64,000 bases of DNA from an uncultured Acidimicrobiaceae bacterium (GTDB lineage Bacteria; Actinomycetota; Acidimicrobiia; Acidimicrobiales; RAAP-2), in assembly GCA_963838835.1 (NCBI GenBank), contig CAWITA010000034.1, positions 3,980 to 67,979 of the forward strand, written 5' to 3'. Within the stretch, counting starts at the first letter, position 1. The number at the start of each line of letters is the position of its first letter. Positions 8,144 through 18,944 of this stretch are shown here, piece after piece. The translations under genes and the position numbers were made by a program. The notes below the pieces were generated by a model that ran no database searches, had not been told where the DNA came from, and saw only the letters and a list, made by a program, of their open reading frames with translations.

Positions 8144-11100
8144 GACGGTCGAAGCCCGTGGAACAGAGCAAAGGTCCGAAGGGCCCGCGACCTTCTCAAG
8201 ATCGGCGACGATCGGAGGCCGGCGACACTCTCGTCGAGATCCTGATCGCACTTTCCATCATCGGGATAGCGGCCACTGCGATCCTCCTCGCGTTCGCCAC
8301 CACCATTTCCGGGTCGGGCGCTCACCGCAACGAGGTCACCCTCGACACTATGTTGAGGACGGCGTCAACCGAAGTCTCGGCTGCCATTGAGCAGCAGTCG
8401 ACCGCAACCTTCTCGAGCTGCGCGGGAGCGTACGTTTACCACACACCTGGCTCCATTCCCCTGCCGAATCCTGCCTACTCGGCCTACATCTCGGCGGTCC
8501 AGTACGAGAGCGCAAACCCGGCCGCCAGCGGAGACACCTACGCCCTGTCTGCTCCGCAGGCGCCGAGCACGACGTGCCCGACGGGATCCACGCCCAACCC
8601 GTACGCCGATTCGCCGCAGATGCTCACGATCTCGGTCACGTACACCGGCCAAGGCGGAGGAACCCCCTCAACGATCCAGACCGTCGTTGACGATCCGAAT
8701 TCACCTCCGAGCGCAACGTCGTGCACCTCTCCCTACCAATTGGTCTTTTTGGAACAACCAACCGACGGCCCCAACGGCTCTGCGGGGAGCGTGGGATCGG
8801 CGCTCTACCCGCCCGCAATCGTACAAATCGAGGACAAGAACGGTAACCCTTGCCAGAACGACTTCGCCACGGTCAAGCTGAGCATCACGGCCGGCACTGG
8901 GGCGAGTGGTGCGAGCTTGCAAAATTGCACGCCTTCGTCACAGTACGGGGAGACGATCTACGCGGGCTGCGAGATCAACGAGCCCAATCAGCCGGGGGAC
9001 GGCTACACGCTTACGGCGACCGACGCCGTTGATGGTCTCTCGGTGACCTCCAACCCCTTCGACGTCAGTGCCGGTGCCGCGGCCCAGCTCGTTTTCACGA
9101 CGGAACCAGGCAATGGGACCGGCGGAAGCGCGTTTGGGCAGCCGGTCGTGTGGATCGAGGACTCGCAGGGAGATCTCCTGACCAATGACACCAGCCCAGT
9201 GACGCTGGCCATCCAAACGAACCCCGGAGGCGGCACCCTGTCTGGCTGCAGCGAGACCACCGACGGAGGCATCGCGACGTTCACAGGCTGCACCATCAAC
9301 AAGGTCGGGACCGGCTACACCCTCGCGGCGACCGACGCGGTCGACAACCTGACGACACCGTCGGTGAGCAAACCGTTCAACATCACACCGGGTCAGCCGG
9401 TCGCGCTCACGTTCACCAATTCACCCGGGACGACTGTGGCAGGGGACCCGTTTGGGTCCCAACCCGTGGTCACACTGTTGGACGCAGGCGGCAACACCGC
9501 GAGCGTCGCGCCCGGCAGCACCGACACAGTGGGACTGGCGATCGGCACCAACGCCGGGGGCAGCGGAACTGCCCTGTCGGGCTGCACCGAGACGACGACG
9601 GCGGGCGTCGCCATCTTCGCCGGTTGCTCCATCAATAACCCCGGAAACGGCTACACGCTGGTGGCGACCGACACCACCGAGCCAACGAAAGTCCTGCCGG
9701 CGACCAGCAATGCGTTCAATATCGTGACTCCGACACTGACCTCGTTCAAGGTCGCTCCTGCAACCACGACCCCGACGGCCGGCACAGCCTTCAATGTCAC
9801 GATCACGGCCCTCGACCAGTCCGGCTACACCTTTACTGGCTTCACGGGGACGCAAAACATCACCTTCAGCGGCCCGGCGAACGCGCCCAACGGCACCGCG
9901 CCGACCTACCCCGGTTCGGTTACCTTCACTGGCGGCGTGGGCACGGCCTCCGTCACCCTGGTGGACGCCCAGACCACCACGCTGACGGCTGCTCAAGGCT
10001 TGGTCACCGGCACCTCGGGCAACATCACCGTGAGCAGCACCGGCACGGTCACCAAGTTCTCGCTCTCGACCCCGGCGCCGACGGCCGGGTCGCCCTTCAC
10101 CGAGACCATCACCGCCGTCGACACCTACGGCAACACGGTGACCGGCTACACCGGGACCAAGACCATGACCTTTAGCGGTCCGGCGAGCTCGCCCAACGGC
10201 ACCGCCCCGACCTACCCAACTCACCTGACCTTCACGGCCGGGTCGGCCACCGCGACCATCACCTTGACCGACGTCCAGACCACGACGCTCACCGCCTCGA
10301 CTACCACCGGCGGCACCGTCAGCGGCACCTCGGCCAGCTTCACGGTCGCCCCGGGAGCCGCCTCGACGTTCACCGTGTCGAACCCGAGCCCCCAGGTGGC
10401 GGGCACGGCGTTCAACGTCACGATCACCGCCGTCGACGCCGATGGCAACACGGCCACGGGCTACACCGGGACCAAGACGATGACCTGGAGCGGCCCGGCG
10501 AACTCGCCCAACGGCACCGCCCCGACCTACCCGGCCACGCTCAGTTTTGCCGCCGGATCGGCCACGGCCTCGGTGACCCTGGTCGACGCCCAGACCACGA
10601 CGCTCACCGCCAGCTCCACCACGACGGGCACGGTCAGCGGCACCTCGGGCAACATCGTGGTGAACGGGACCGGCACGGTCACCAAGTTCTCGCTCTCGAC
10701 CCCGGCGCCGACGGCCGGGTCGCCCTTCACCGAGACCATCACCGCCGTCGACACCTACGGCAACACGGTGACCGGCTACACCGGGACCAAGACCATGACC
10801 TTTAGCGGTCCGGCGAGCTCGCCCAACGGCACCGCCTCGACCTACCCGGCGGCGCTCACCTTCACGACCGGGTCGGCCACCGCGACCATCACGCTCACCG
10901 ACGTCCAGACCACGACGCTCACCGCCACGACTACCACCGGCGGCACCGTCAGCGGCACCTCGGCCAGCTTCACGGTGGCCCCGGGGGTCGCAATCAAGTT
11001 CACCGTGGCGAACCCGAGCCCCCAGGTGGCAGGCACGGCGTTCAACGTGACGATCACCGCCGTCGACGCCGATGGCAACACGGCCACGGGCTACACCGGG

Positions 11101-14100
11101 ACCAAGACGATGACCTGGAGCGGCCCGGCGAACTCGCCCAACGGCACCGCCCCGACCTACCCGGCCACGCTCAGTTTCGCCGCCGGATCGGCCACGGCCT
11201 CGGTCACCTTGGTCGACGTCCAGACCACGACGCTCACCGCCAGCTCCACCACGACGGGCACGGTCAGCGGCACCTCGGGCAACATCGTGGTCGGTCCGGG
11301 CTCCCCGCACAGCCTTACGGTGGCCAACCCAGGTCCCCAGGTGGCGGGCACGCCCTTCAACGTGACCATCACCGCTGTCGATGCCGACGGCAATACGGCA
11401 CCCACCTACACCGGATCTCAGACCATCACGTTCTCGGGTCCGTCGAACGCGCCCAACGGAACCGCCCCGACCTACCCGGCCAACGTCACCTTCACCGGAG
11501 GCGTGGGCACGGCCTCGATCACGTTGGTCGACGCCCAGACCACGACGTTGTCAGCCGCACAGGGCCTTCTTGTCCCCGTGCCGTCTCCTAGCTTCGTGGT
11601 CAGCAGCACCGGCACGGTCACCAAGTTCTCGCTCTCGACCCCGGCGCCGACGGCCGGGTCGCCCTTCACCGAGACCATCACCGCCGTCGACACCTACGGC
11701 AACACGGTGACCGGCTACACCGGGACCAAGACCATGACCTTTAGCGGTCCGGCGAGCTCGCCCAACGGCACCGCCCCGACCTACCCGGCGGCGCTCACCT
11801 TCACGACCGGGTCGGCCACCGCGACCATCACGCTCACCGACGTCCAGACCACGACGCTCACCGCCACGACTACCACCGGCGGCACCGTCAGCGGCACCTC
11901 GGCCAGCTTCACGGTGGCCCCGGGGGTCGCAATCAAGTTCACCGTGGCGAACCCGAGCCCCCAGGTGGCAGGCACGGCGTTCAACGTGACGATCACCGCC
12001 GTCGACGCCGATGGCAACACGGCCACGGGCTACACCGGGACCAAGACGATGACCTGGAGCGGCCCGGCGAACTCGCCCAACGGCACCGCCCCGACCTACC
12101 CGGCCACGCTCAGTTTCGCCGCCGGATCGGCCACGGCCTCGGTCACCTTGGTCGACGTCCAGACCACGACGCTCACCGCCAGCTCCACCACGACGGGCAC
12201 GGTCAGCGGCACCTCGGGCAACATCGTGGTCGGTCCGGGCTCCCCGCACAGCCTTACGGTGGCCAACCCAGGTCCCCAGGTGGCGGGCACGCCCTTCAAC
12301 GTGACCATCACCGCTGTCGATGCCGACGGCAATACGGCACCCACCTACACCGGATCTCAGACCATCACGTTCTCGGGTCCGTCGAACGCGCCCAACGGAA
12401 CCGCCCCGACCTACCCGGCCAACGTCACCTTCACCGGAGGCGTGGGCACGGCCTCGATCACGTTGGTCGACGCCCAGACCACGACGTTGTCAGCCGCACA
12501 GGGCCTTCTTGTCCCCGTGCCGTCTCCTAGCTTCGTGGTCAGCAGCACCGGCACGGTCACCAAGTTCTCGCTCTCGACCCCGGCGCCGACGGCCGGGTCG
12601 CCCTTCACCGAGACCATCACCGCCGTCGACACCTACGGCAACACGGTGACCGGCTACACCGGGACCAAGACCATGACCTTTAGCGGTCCGGCGAGCTCGC
12701 CCAACGGCACCGCCCCGACCTACCCGGCCACGCTCAGTTTTGCCGCCGGATCGGCCACGGCCTCGGTGACCCTGGTCGACGTCCAGACCACGACGCTCAC
12801 CGCCTCGACTACCACCGGCGGCACCGTCAGCGGCACCTCGGCCAGCTTCACGGTCGGCCCGGGAGCCGCCTCGACGTTCACCGTGTCGAACCCGAGCCCC
12901 CAGGTGGCGGGCACGGCGTTCAACGTCACGATCACCGCCGTCGACGCCGATGGCAACACGGCCACGGGCTACACCGGGACCAAGACGATGACCTGGAGCG
13001 GCCCGGCGAACTCGCCCAACGGCACCGCCCCGACCTACCCGGCCACGCTCAGTTTCGCCGCCGGATCGGCCACGGCCTCGGTGACCCTGGTCGACGCCCA
13101 GACCACGACGCTCACCGCCAGCTCCACCACGACGGGCACGGTCAGCGGCACCTCGGGCAACATCGTGGTGAACGGGACCGGCACGGTCACCAAGTTCTCG
13201 CTCTCGACCCCGGCGCCGACGGCCGGGTCGCCCTTCACCGAGACCATCACCGCCGTCGACACCTACGGCAACACGGTGACCGGCTACACCGGGACCAAGA
13301 CCATGACCTTTAGCGGTCCGGCGAGCTCGCCCAACGGCACCGCCCCGACCTACCCGGCGGCGCTCACCTTCACGACCGGGTCGGCCACCGCGACCATCAC
13401 GCTCACCGACGTCCAGACCACGACGCTCACCGCCACGACTACCACCGGCGGCACCGTCAGCGGCACCTCGGCCAGCTTCACGGTGGCCCCGGGGGTCGCA
13501 ATCAAGTTCACCGTGGCGAACCCGAGCCCCCAGGTGGCAGGCACGGCGTTCAACGTGACGATCACCGCCGTCGACGCCGATGGCAACACGGCCTCCACCT
13601 ACACCGGGACCCAGACCATGACCTTCTCCGGCCCGGCGAACTCGCCCAACGGCACCGCCCCGACCTACCCCGGTTCGGTCACCTTCACCGCCGGCGTGGG
13701 CACGGCCTCGATCAAGCTGGTCGACGTCCAGACCACCACATTGACCGCCGCACAGGGCTCGATCACCGGCACCTCGGGCAACATCGTGGTCGGCCCGGGA
13801 GCCGCCTCGACGTTCACCGTGTCGAACCCGAGCCCCCAGGTGGCGGGCACGGCGTTCAACGTGACCATCACCGCCTTCGACGCCGATGGCAACACGGCCA
13901 CGGGCTACACCGGGACTAAGACGATGACCTTCAGCGGCCCGGCGAACTCGCCCAACGGCACCGCCCCGACCTACCCGGCCACGCTCACCTTCACGGCCGG
14001 GTCGGCCACGGCCTCGATCAAGCTGGTCGACGCCCAGACCACGACGCTCACCGCCAGCTCCACCACGACGGGCACGGTCAGCGGCACCTCCGGCAACATC

Positions 14101-14755
14101 GTGGTGAACGGGACCGGCACGGTCACCAAGTTCTCGCTCTCGACCCCGGCGCCCACGGCCGGGTCGCCCTTCACCGAGACCATCACCGCCGTCGACACCT
14201 ACGGCAACACGGTGACCGGCTACACCGGGACCAAGACCATGACCTTTAGCGGTCCGGCGAGCTCGCCCAACGGCACCGCCCCGACCTACCCGGCGGCGCT
14301 CACCTTCACGACCGGGTCGGCCACCGCGACCATCACGCTCGACCGACGCCCAGACCACGACCCTCACCGCCTCGACTACCACCGGCGGCACCGTCAGCGG
14401 CACCTCGGCCAGCTTCACAGTGAGCACAGGAACCGCTACGTCGATTGCCGCAACCTCTGGCTCGGGGCAGTCAGTCCGTCACAACCGAGCGTTTCCGAAT
14501 CCTCTCGTCGCAACCGTGACCGACGCTTATGGGAACGACGTCTCAGGGGTGTCGGTCACATTCAGCGCGCCAACCACGGGTGCCTCGCTCACCTTTGCCG
14601 GTAGCGGTACCACCTATGTGACGACGACCACTGCGACCGGCGTGGCCACGTCCGCGCCCATGACCGCCAACGGCACCGCGGGGGCTAATTACGTCGTGAC
14701 AGCTTCGATTACCGGCACTGGTACAGAGACGACTTACACGGAGACCAACACATGA
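8140..14755 (+). CDS. Giant prepilin-type protein B1 (about 2204 aa) with about 19 Ig-like modules; frame broken by one extra G at 14341
   Basis: ATG 8140 overlaps the A1 stop (ATGA). The 28-aa basic leader ends ...RRRSEAG|DTLVEILIALSIIGIAATAILLAF (Glu5 present). Three modules of about 105 aa (QLVF..P..G..FG.QPVV...D..GN type) are followed by about 15 modules of about 104 aa (GTAFNVTITAVDADGNTATGYTGTKTMT.SGPANSPNGTAPTYP type). At 14341 the sequence ATCACGCTC[G]ACCGAC shifts into the frame of track ORF 14420..14755, which supplies the last module and the stop. Confidence 0.85.
10672..12549 (+). repeat. Two tandem near-identical 939-bp units (three Ig-like modules each) inside B1; a third partial copy runs to about 12720
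   Basis: Antisense track ORFs recur identically at an offset of 939 (10842/11781, 11157/12096, 11381/12320, 11472/12411). I saw one mismatch, TCG at 10838-10840 versus CCG at 11777-11779. A further copy of part of the unit lies at an offset of 2508 (10527/13035). Confidence 0.9.
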
Positions 14756-16326
14756 TCGTCAGTGTCAGACGTTGGCTGAAGCGCGAAGCCTCATGCGTCG
14801 CGTCGCGCCGCCGCGACGAAGCCGGTGCCTCCCTTGTGCTGGCTCTGCTGTTCCTCGTGGTGATCGGCCTGATCGTGGGTGGCTTGGCGTCGTGGACCGC
14901 CAACGATCTCTCTGATGCGGTGGTGTTCCAGAATGCCCGGTCCGCGGAATTCGCCCTCAACAGCGCGACGCAGTTGGCGGTCCAGAACATCCGGTACGTG
15001 CCCCTGATCAGTTCGAACTCTGTTTTAGGGACCGACGAGACCTTGAACGCCAGCCCCCCTGAATACTGTTGGGATCCTGGCCCTGCTGGCCCGGGCGGGA
15101 ATGCTGGCACGGAACTCACCACCCAAGGCGACACCGTCGCGGTCTGGTGCAGCACGCAATGGAATCCCGCATCGACCGCGACGCGCAAGGTGACCATCGA
15201 CGCGTGCCTTATTTCCCCAAGCGTGTCGATCACCACCTCGAATTGGCAAGGTCTGTCGACCGGCTGTGCACAAAGCCCGAACCTCCAGACGGTGGTGTCG
15301 TTCGACGACTACCAGTCCAATCTGAGCTCTACGAGCCCTTGTACGTCGACGTGTGGAACAGGTATGACGATCGACAGTTCGAGCGCGGGTCCGACGAACC
15401 CGACCGTGACGGGACTCTCGACCGCACCCGTGACGTCACCGCCTAGTGGACTGGTGACAGGTGGGACAGCTTTAACGATTACAGGGTCGGGCTTCGTCAA
15501 CGGTTTGACGACGGTATTCCTCGTTGACCCGTTGGTAGCCAATCTGGTCATCACGATCCCGTCCAGCAGTGTGACGTTCAATTCCTCGACTTCGATCTCG
15601 GTCACGACGCCTGGCGTGACCACCTCAGCGAACTACGACGTCGCGGTCTCGACACCCAACGGCAACAGCCTCGACGGCCCCCAGTTCGCATACCAGCCGG
15701 TAATTCCGACGATCAGTAGCATGACGCCGACTACTGGATCTGCCAACGGCGGAACCGCGCTGACCATCGACGGGACGGGCTTCCTTGCCAACGGCAACGG
15801 TGACCTCACGAAGGTGACTTTCACGGACACCGCGAACTCGGCCATCACGGCGACGGCACCGGACCTGTCCGTCAATTCGACGGGCACCGTCATCACCGCC
15901 ACGACACCGTCAATCACGACTGAAGCGACCTACTACGTCACAGTGACAACCACACCTGGCGGCACCACCGCGCAAAGCGCAAACTTCGAATTCACCTTCC
16001 AGCCGTACTACCCGGTGGCTGACTCCATCACTCCGGCGTCGGGTAGCAGCGGGACTGTGACCGTCACCGGCTTGGGGTTTCTGAGTGGGGGAACGACGGT
16101 CACCCTCATCCCGACAGCCGGTGGAAACGGTTTCAGCCTGACCAACGTCTCGGTGTCGTCATCGACGAACTTGACCGCGCAAATTCCAACAGGCGAGCCC
16201 GTTGCAACGTACTACGTCTCAATCACCACGACATGGAACGGGACGCAATACCAGAGTTGTAACTCCAACGGAAGCGGCGGTATACCGAGCTGCTCGTCAG
16301 AGGGAGCTCCCACTTACCAGTACTGA
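14752..16326 (+). CDS. PilX/GspK-like minor-pilin-type protein C1 with three IPT/TIG domains (524 aa)
   Basis: ATG 14752 overlaps the B1 stop (ATGA). The N-terminus ...RRRDEAG|ASLVLALLFLVVIGLIVGGLASWTANDL...ARSAEFALNSA resembles PilX_N and has no Glu5. Three TIG-like units are PSGLVTGGTALTITGSGF, TGSANGGTALTIDGTGF and SGSSGTVTVTGLGF. Confidence 0.8.
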   Translation: MIVSVRRWLKREASCVASRRRDEAGASLVLALLFLVVIGLIVGGLASWTANDLSDAVVFQNARSAEFALNSATQLAVQNIRYVPLISSNSVLGTDETLNASPPEYCWDPGPAGPGGNAGTELTTQGDTVAVWCSTQWNPASTATRKVTIDACLISPSVSITTSNWQGLSTGCAQSPNLQTVVSFDDYQSNLSSTSPCTSTCGTGMTIDSSSAGPTNPTVTGLSTAPVTSPPSGLVTGGTALTITGSGFVNGLTTVFLVDPLVANLVITIPSSSVTFNSSTSISVTTPGVTTSANYDVAVSTPNGNSLDGPQFAYQPVIPTISSMTPTTGSANGGTALTIDGTGFLANGNGDLTKVTFTDTANSAITATAPDLSVNSTGTVITATTPSITTEATYYVTVTTTPGGTTAQSANFEFTFQPYYPVADSITPASGSSGTVTVTGLGFLSGGTTVTLIPTAGGNGFSLTNVSVSSSTNLTAQIPTGEPVATYYVSITTTWNGTQYQSCNSNGSGGIPSCSSEGAPTYQY

Positions 16327-16339
16327 GAGCACCTCGATA

Positions 16340-16825
16340 ATGCCCAGCACGTCTCGTACAATCAACCGCGCTTTCTTGGGCGGTCTCACCTCTATCGTCC
16401 TAGCTCTTGGACTGACGGCGTGTGCCGTATCTAGCGGCAACGACGGCAGTCTGGCTGGGACAAGCGGCGCTTCGAGTCGCTGCCTTGGTACGTACACATT
16501 CCGGAGCTCCGATCAGCATGTGAATCTCCCCGGCCTTCCCAATCTGGCCGACAACTCCATGAACTCCACCGTGACGCCTACCCCCGTCAACGCTACCGGG
16601 TGCGCGAGCACCGACCCGAATGTCAGGTCTTGCATCTACGTCGCGGCCGACCAACTGCGAGTCGTCGTCCGGAATGGACATGTGACAATCAGTAATCCGA
16701 CCGGTCACCCGCTGCTCGCAACTGGTCGCGCGAAAGGCGACGAGCTTGACCTCATTTGGATGACCTACGGCGTTGGTTCTCGCTCCGTCGTATTCGACTT
16801 TCGATGCGGAGAAGTCGTGCGCTAA
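16340..16825 (+). CDS. Putative lipoprotein (161 aa), present only after cassette 1
   Basis: Signal peptide with lipobox: MPSTSRTINRAFLGGLTSIVLALGLTAC|AVSSGN. ATG lies at 16340, 14 nt after the C1 stop. No recognisable family. Confidence 0.6.
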   Translation: MPSTSRTINRAFLGGLTSIVLALGLTACAVSSGNDGSLAGTSGASSRCLGTYTFRSSDQHVNLPGLPNLADNSMNSTVTPTPVNATGCASTDPNVRSCIYVAADQLRVVVRNGHVTISNPTGHPLLATGRAKGDELDLIWMTYGVGSRSVVFDFRCGEVVR

Positions 16826-17318
16826 CGCGTAGCGAGTTTCTCGCATTTTCGTTGTCGTGCGTCAGCACCACCAACACGCTTCAGATGTGAGATTGGCCTC
16901 GATGCCGGCCCCGGCTCCGTGAAAAGCCTGGCTCGTCGAGAGATCCATCCGGCAGTCTCAGTCCCCGATGATGGAGGGCGGTACTGTCCCCCCGTGTCCA
17001 CCATGCGAGCTAGACCGTGCTCGGCAAGGAGGCACATCCGCCCCCTCGTGGTCACGCCCCCAGTCGTGGTGAACTCAAAACGGGCGTAACCCTGCCCCCA
17101 GGGCGCAGCTGCTTTCCACACCATCGCTTTGCCCCTGCGCTCCCCGGGTTGAGCACGAAATTGTTCACAAGTTGAACATCAAGATCCATGCACCGCGTGC
17201 CGACATTAACGGTGATTCCTTCGCTCTGGACCAGCGGAGATCCCGGTTCGGCGGGACCTCCCGACCTGGGGCGTTGGAGCGAATCACCCTGGCTGAAGGG
17301 TCAGACACGGGCCGCCTA

Positions 17319-17382
17319 GGCGGAGGCGGTCTGTTCACGGGAGTGTGAGTTTTGGCGAAACGGCATATTGGCGAGGCTGCAC
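17319..17382 (+). promoter_or_regulatory. Conserved 64-nt element upstream of pilin-like gene A2 (paralog of 6499-6562)
   Basis: 52/64 identity to 6499-6562 without gaps. The equivalent hairpin lies at 17332-17345 with G-U pairs. Confidence 0.45.
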
Positions 17383-17429
17383 GGTCGGGAACCGGCCAAC
17401 GCGGGTTGCGTCGCGCCTTCGCGCCTGTC

Positions 17430-18944
17430 ATGCGGCGTGCCCGCGTGGCACGCCCCGACCGTGCCACCAGGCCCCAGGCGGACGCGTCGAACGCGGGGTT
17501 CACACTCATCGAGCTGGTGATCGTGACGGCGATCATGCCAATGGTGATCGGTGCCCTCGCGGTGGGCATTCTCTCGGTTTTCAATCTGCAGTCGAGTGTG
17601 TCGAATCGCCTCACTGACTCCGCCGACGCGCAGGTGGTCTCGGTCAATTACCAGAACGACGTCGAAGGCGCGGCATACATCACCACAGCCAGTGCCCCGG
17701 TGAGCGTGCCGGGTTCTCCGGCGAACACGCCAGCGCCCTGCGGATCGGGCCACCAGATTCTGGGTCTGGAGCTCGGCAACGGGACTGTGATCTCGTACAC
17801 CGTGAGCCAAGCCTCGAGCGGAACCGCTTACGACCTCTATCGGAACGTCTGCAGTGGCGGAAACGCCCCCAGCTCGACCGTCGTTTCGCGTGACAGCCCT
17901 GCCTCGATGCTCAACCCGGCCACTCCGCCGGTGACGGTCACGTGCACCAACCCGGCGACGTCGACGACCTGCAACCTTGTGGCACCGAGCAATGCGCCCG
18001 CCTACTCGCTGGGCTGGCAACCGACACTCGGGGTCACCGGGGTCACCTTCAAGACAACGGAAAAGCAGAGCAACTACAGCTACCAACTGGTTGCTGTGCC
18101 GACAGCAGCAGCAAGCTCTACGCAGCTGGCTCAAGTCTCGAGCTCGTCGACAGGATGTGGCTTTGCCCTGCCTTCCACCGGTACGTACGCGGGCACCCTG
18201 TGTTTCGTGAACTTCGCACCGTGGAACACCCAGACAGCCGCGAAGAACATCACGTGTAACGCGGCAGGCGCTGGGTTCTCGACGCCGATAGCCATGTCGG
18301 CCGCCCTCGCCAACACTCCCTTCACCCTCGACTTCTGCGTCAGCGTGAGCGCCACCACCAGCGGAGGACAGGCCATCACCGGTCAAACGTCGGCAGGCTC
18401 AGCTTGCGGAGTCGCCGCCAGGAACGGCTATGACGACATCACCGCGGTCCCGCTGCCAACGTATACATGTCCTCCCGGTAGTGAGGCGTTCCTGGGCAAC
18501 AACGGCTTCTATACGGGTGTGCCCGGCGATCCGGCGCTCTACACGGTGGACCAGGGTTCAACCGCGACCGTTGCCATCACGAACATCCAGTTGTTGAGCT
18601 CGAACGGTGTTGCCACGGGCTGGCAGCTGGCAACGGGTGACGCCGAGTCGACTGACGCGGGTGAATCGATCACGTGGACGTCCAACCAGAACCTAAACCT
18701 CATTCCAAATAGCCCGACGTCGCCGGTGGGCAACGCGTGCATGAGCACCGGATCGTACGCCCCCCCGAGCTACAACACGAACTACCTGACCGGAATCGGC
18801 ACCAAGACGGTCGAATGCTCGGCCACCGCGAGCTTCGACAAAACGGGCATGGCCATGCTTGCGGCCAGTACACCTTCGTCGCTCACGGTCACCATGGTCG
18901 GCGGGGGGCTTCAGGCCATGTTCATGGGAGTTCTGCTGCCATGA
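17430..18944 (+). CDS. Prepilin-type protein A2 (504 aa), intact paralog of A1
   Basis: ATG 17430 gives a 23-aa basic leader MRRARVARPDRATRPQADASNAG|FTLIELVIVTAIMPMVIGALAV with Glu5. The body is collinear with A1, sharing CPPGSEAFLGNNGFYTGV.GDPALYT, TGDAESTD.GESITW and a hydrophobic C-terminus GGLQAMFMGVLLP. Confidence 0.85.
   Translation: MRRARVARPDRATRPQADASNAGFTLIELVIVTAIMPMVIGALAVGILSVFNLQSSVSNRLTDSADAQVVSVNYQNDVEGAAYITTASAPVSVPGSPANTPAPCGSGHQILGLELGNGTVISYTVSQASSGTAYDLYRNVCSGGNAPSSTVVSRDSPASMLNPATPPVTVTCTNPATSTTCNLVAPSNAPAYSLGWQPTLGVTGVTFKTTEKQSNYSYQLVAVPTAAASSTQLAQVSSSSTGCGFALPSTGTYAGTLCFVNFAPWNTQTAAKNITCNAAGAGFSTPIAMSAALANTPFTLDFCVSVSATTSGGQAITGQTSAGSACGVAARNGYDDITAVPLPTYTCPPGSEAFLGNNGFYTGVPGDPALYTVDQGSTATVAITNIQLLSSNGVATGWQLATGDAESTDAGESITWTSNQNLNLIPNSPTSPVGNACMSTGSYAPPSYNTNYLTGIGTKTVECSATASFDKTGMAMLAASTPSSLTVTMVGGGLQAMFMGVLLP

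Noticed and set aside
16822-17124. 100-aa minus-strand ORF in the gap between the two cassettes (MVWKAAAPWGQGYARFEFTTTGG...).
   Set aside because: No start context, no motif I can name, and the composition is borderline. It could be a gene fragment or remnant, but I cannot support a call.
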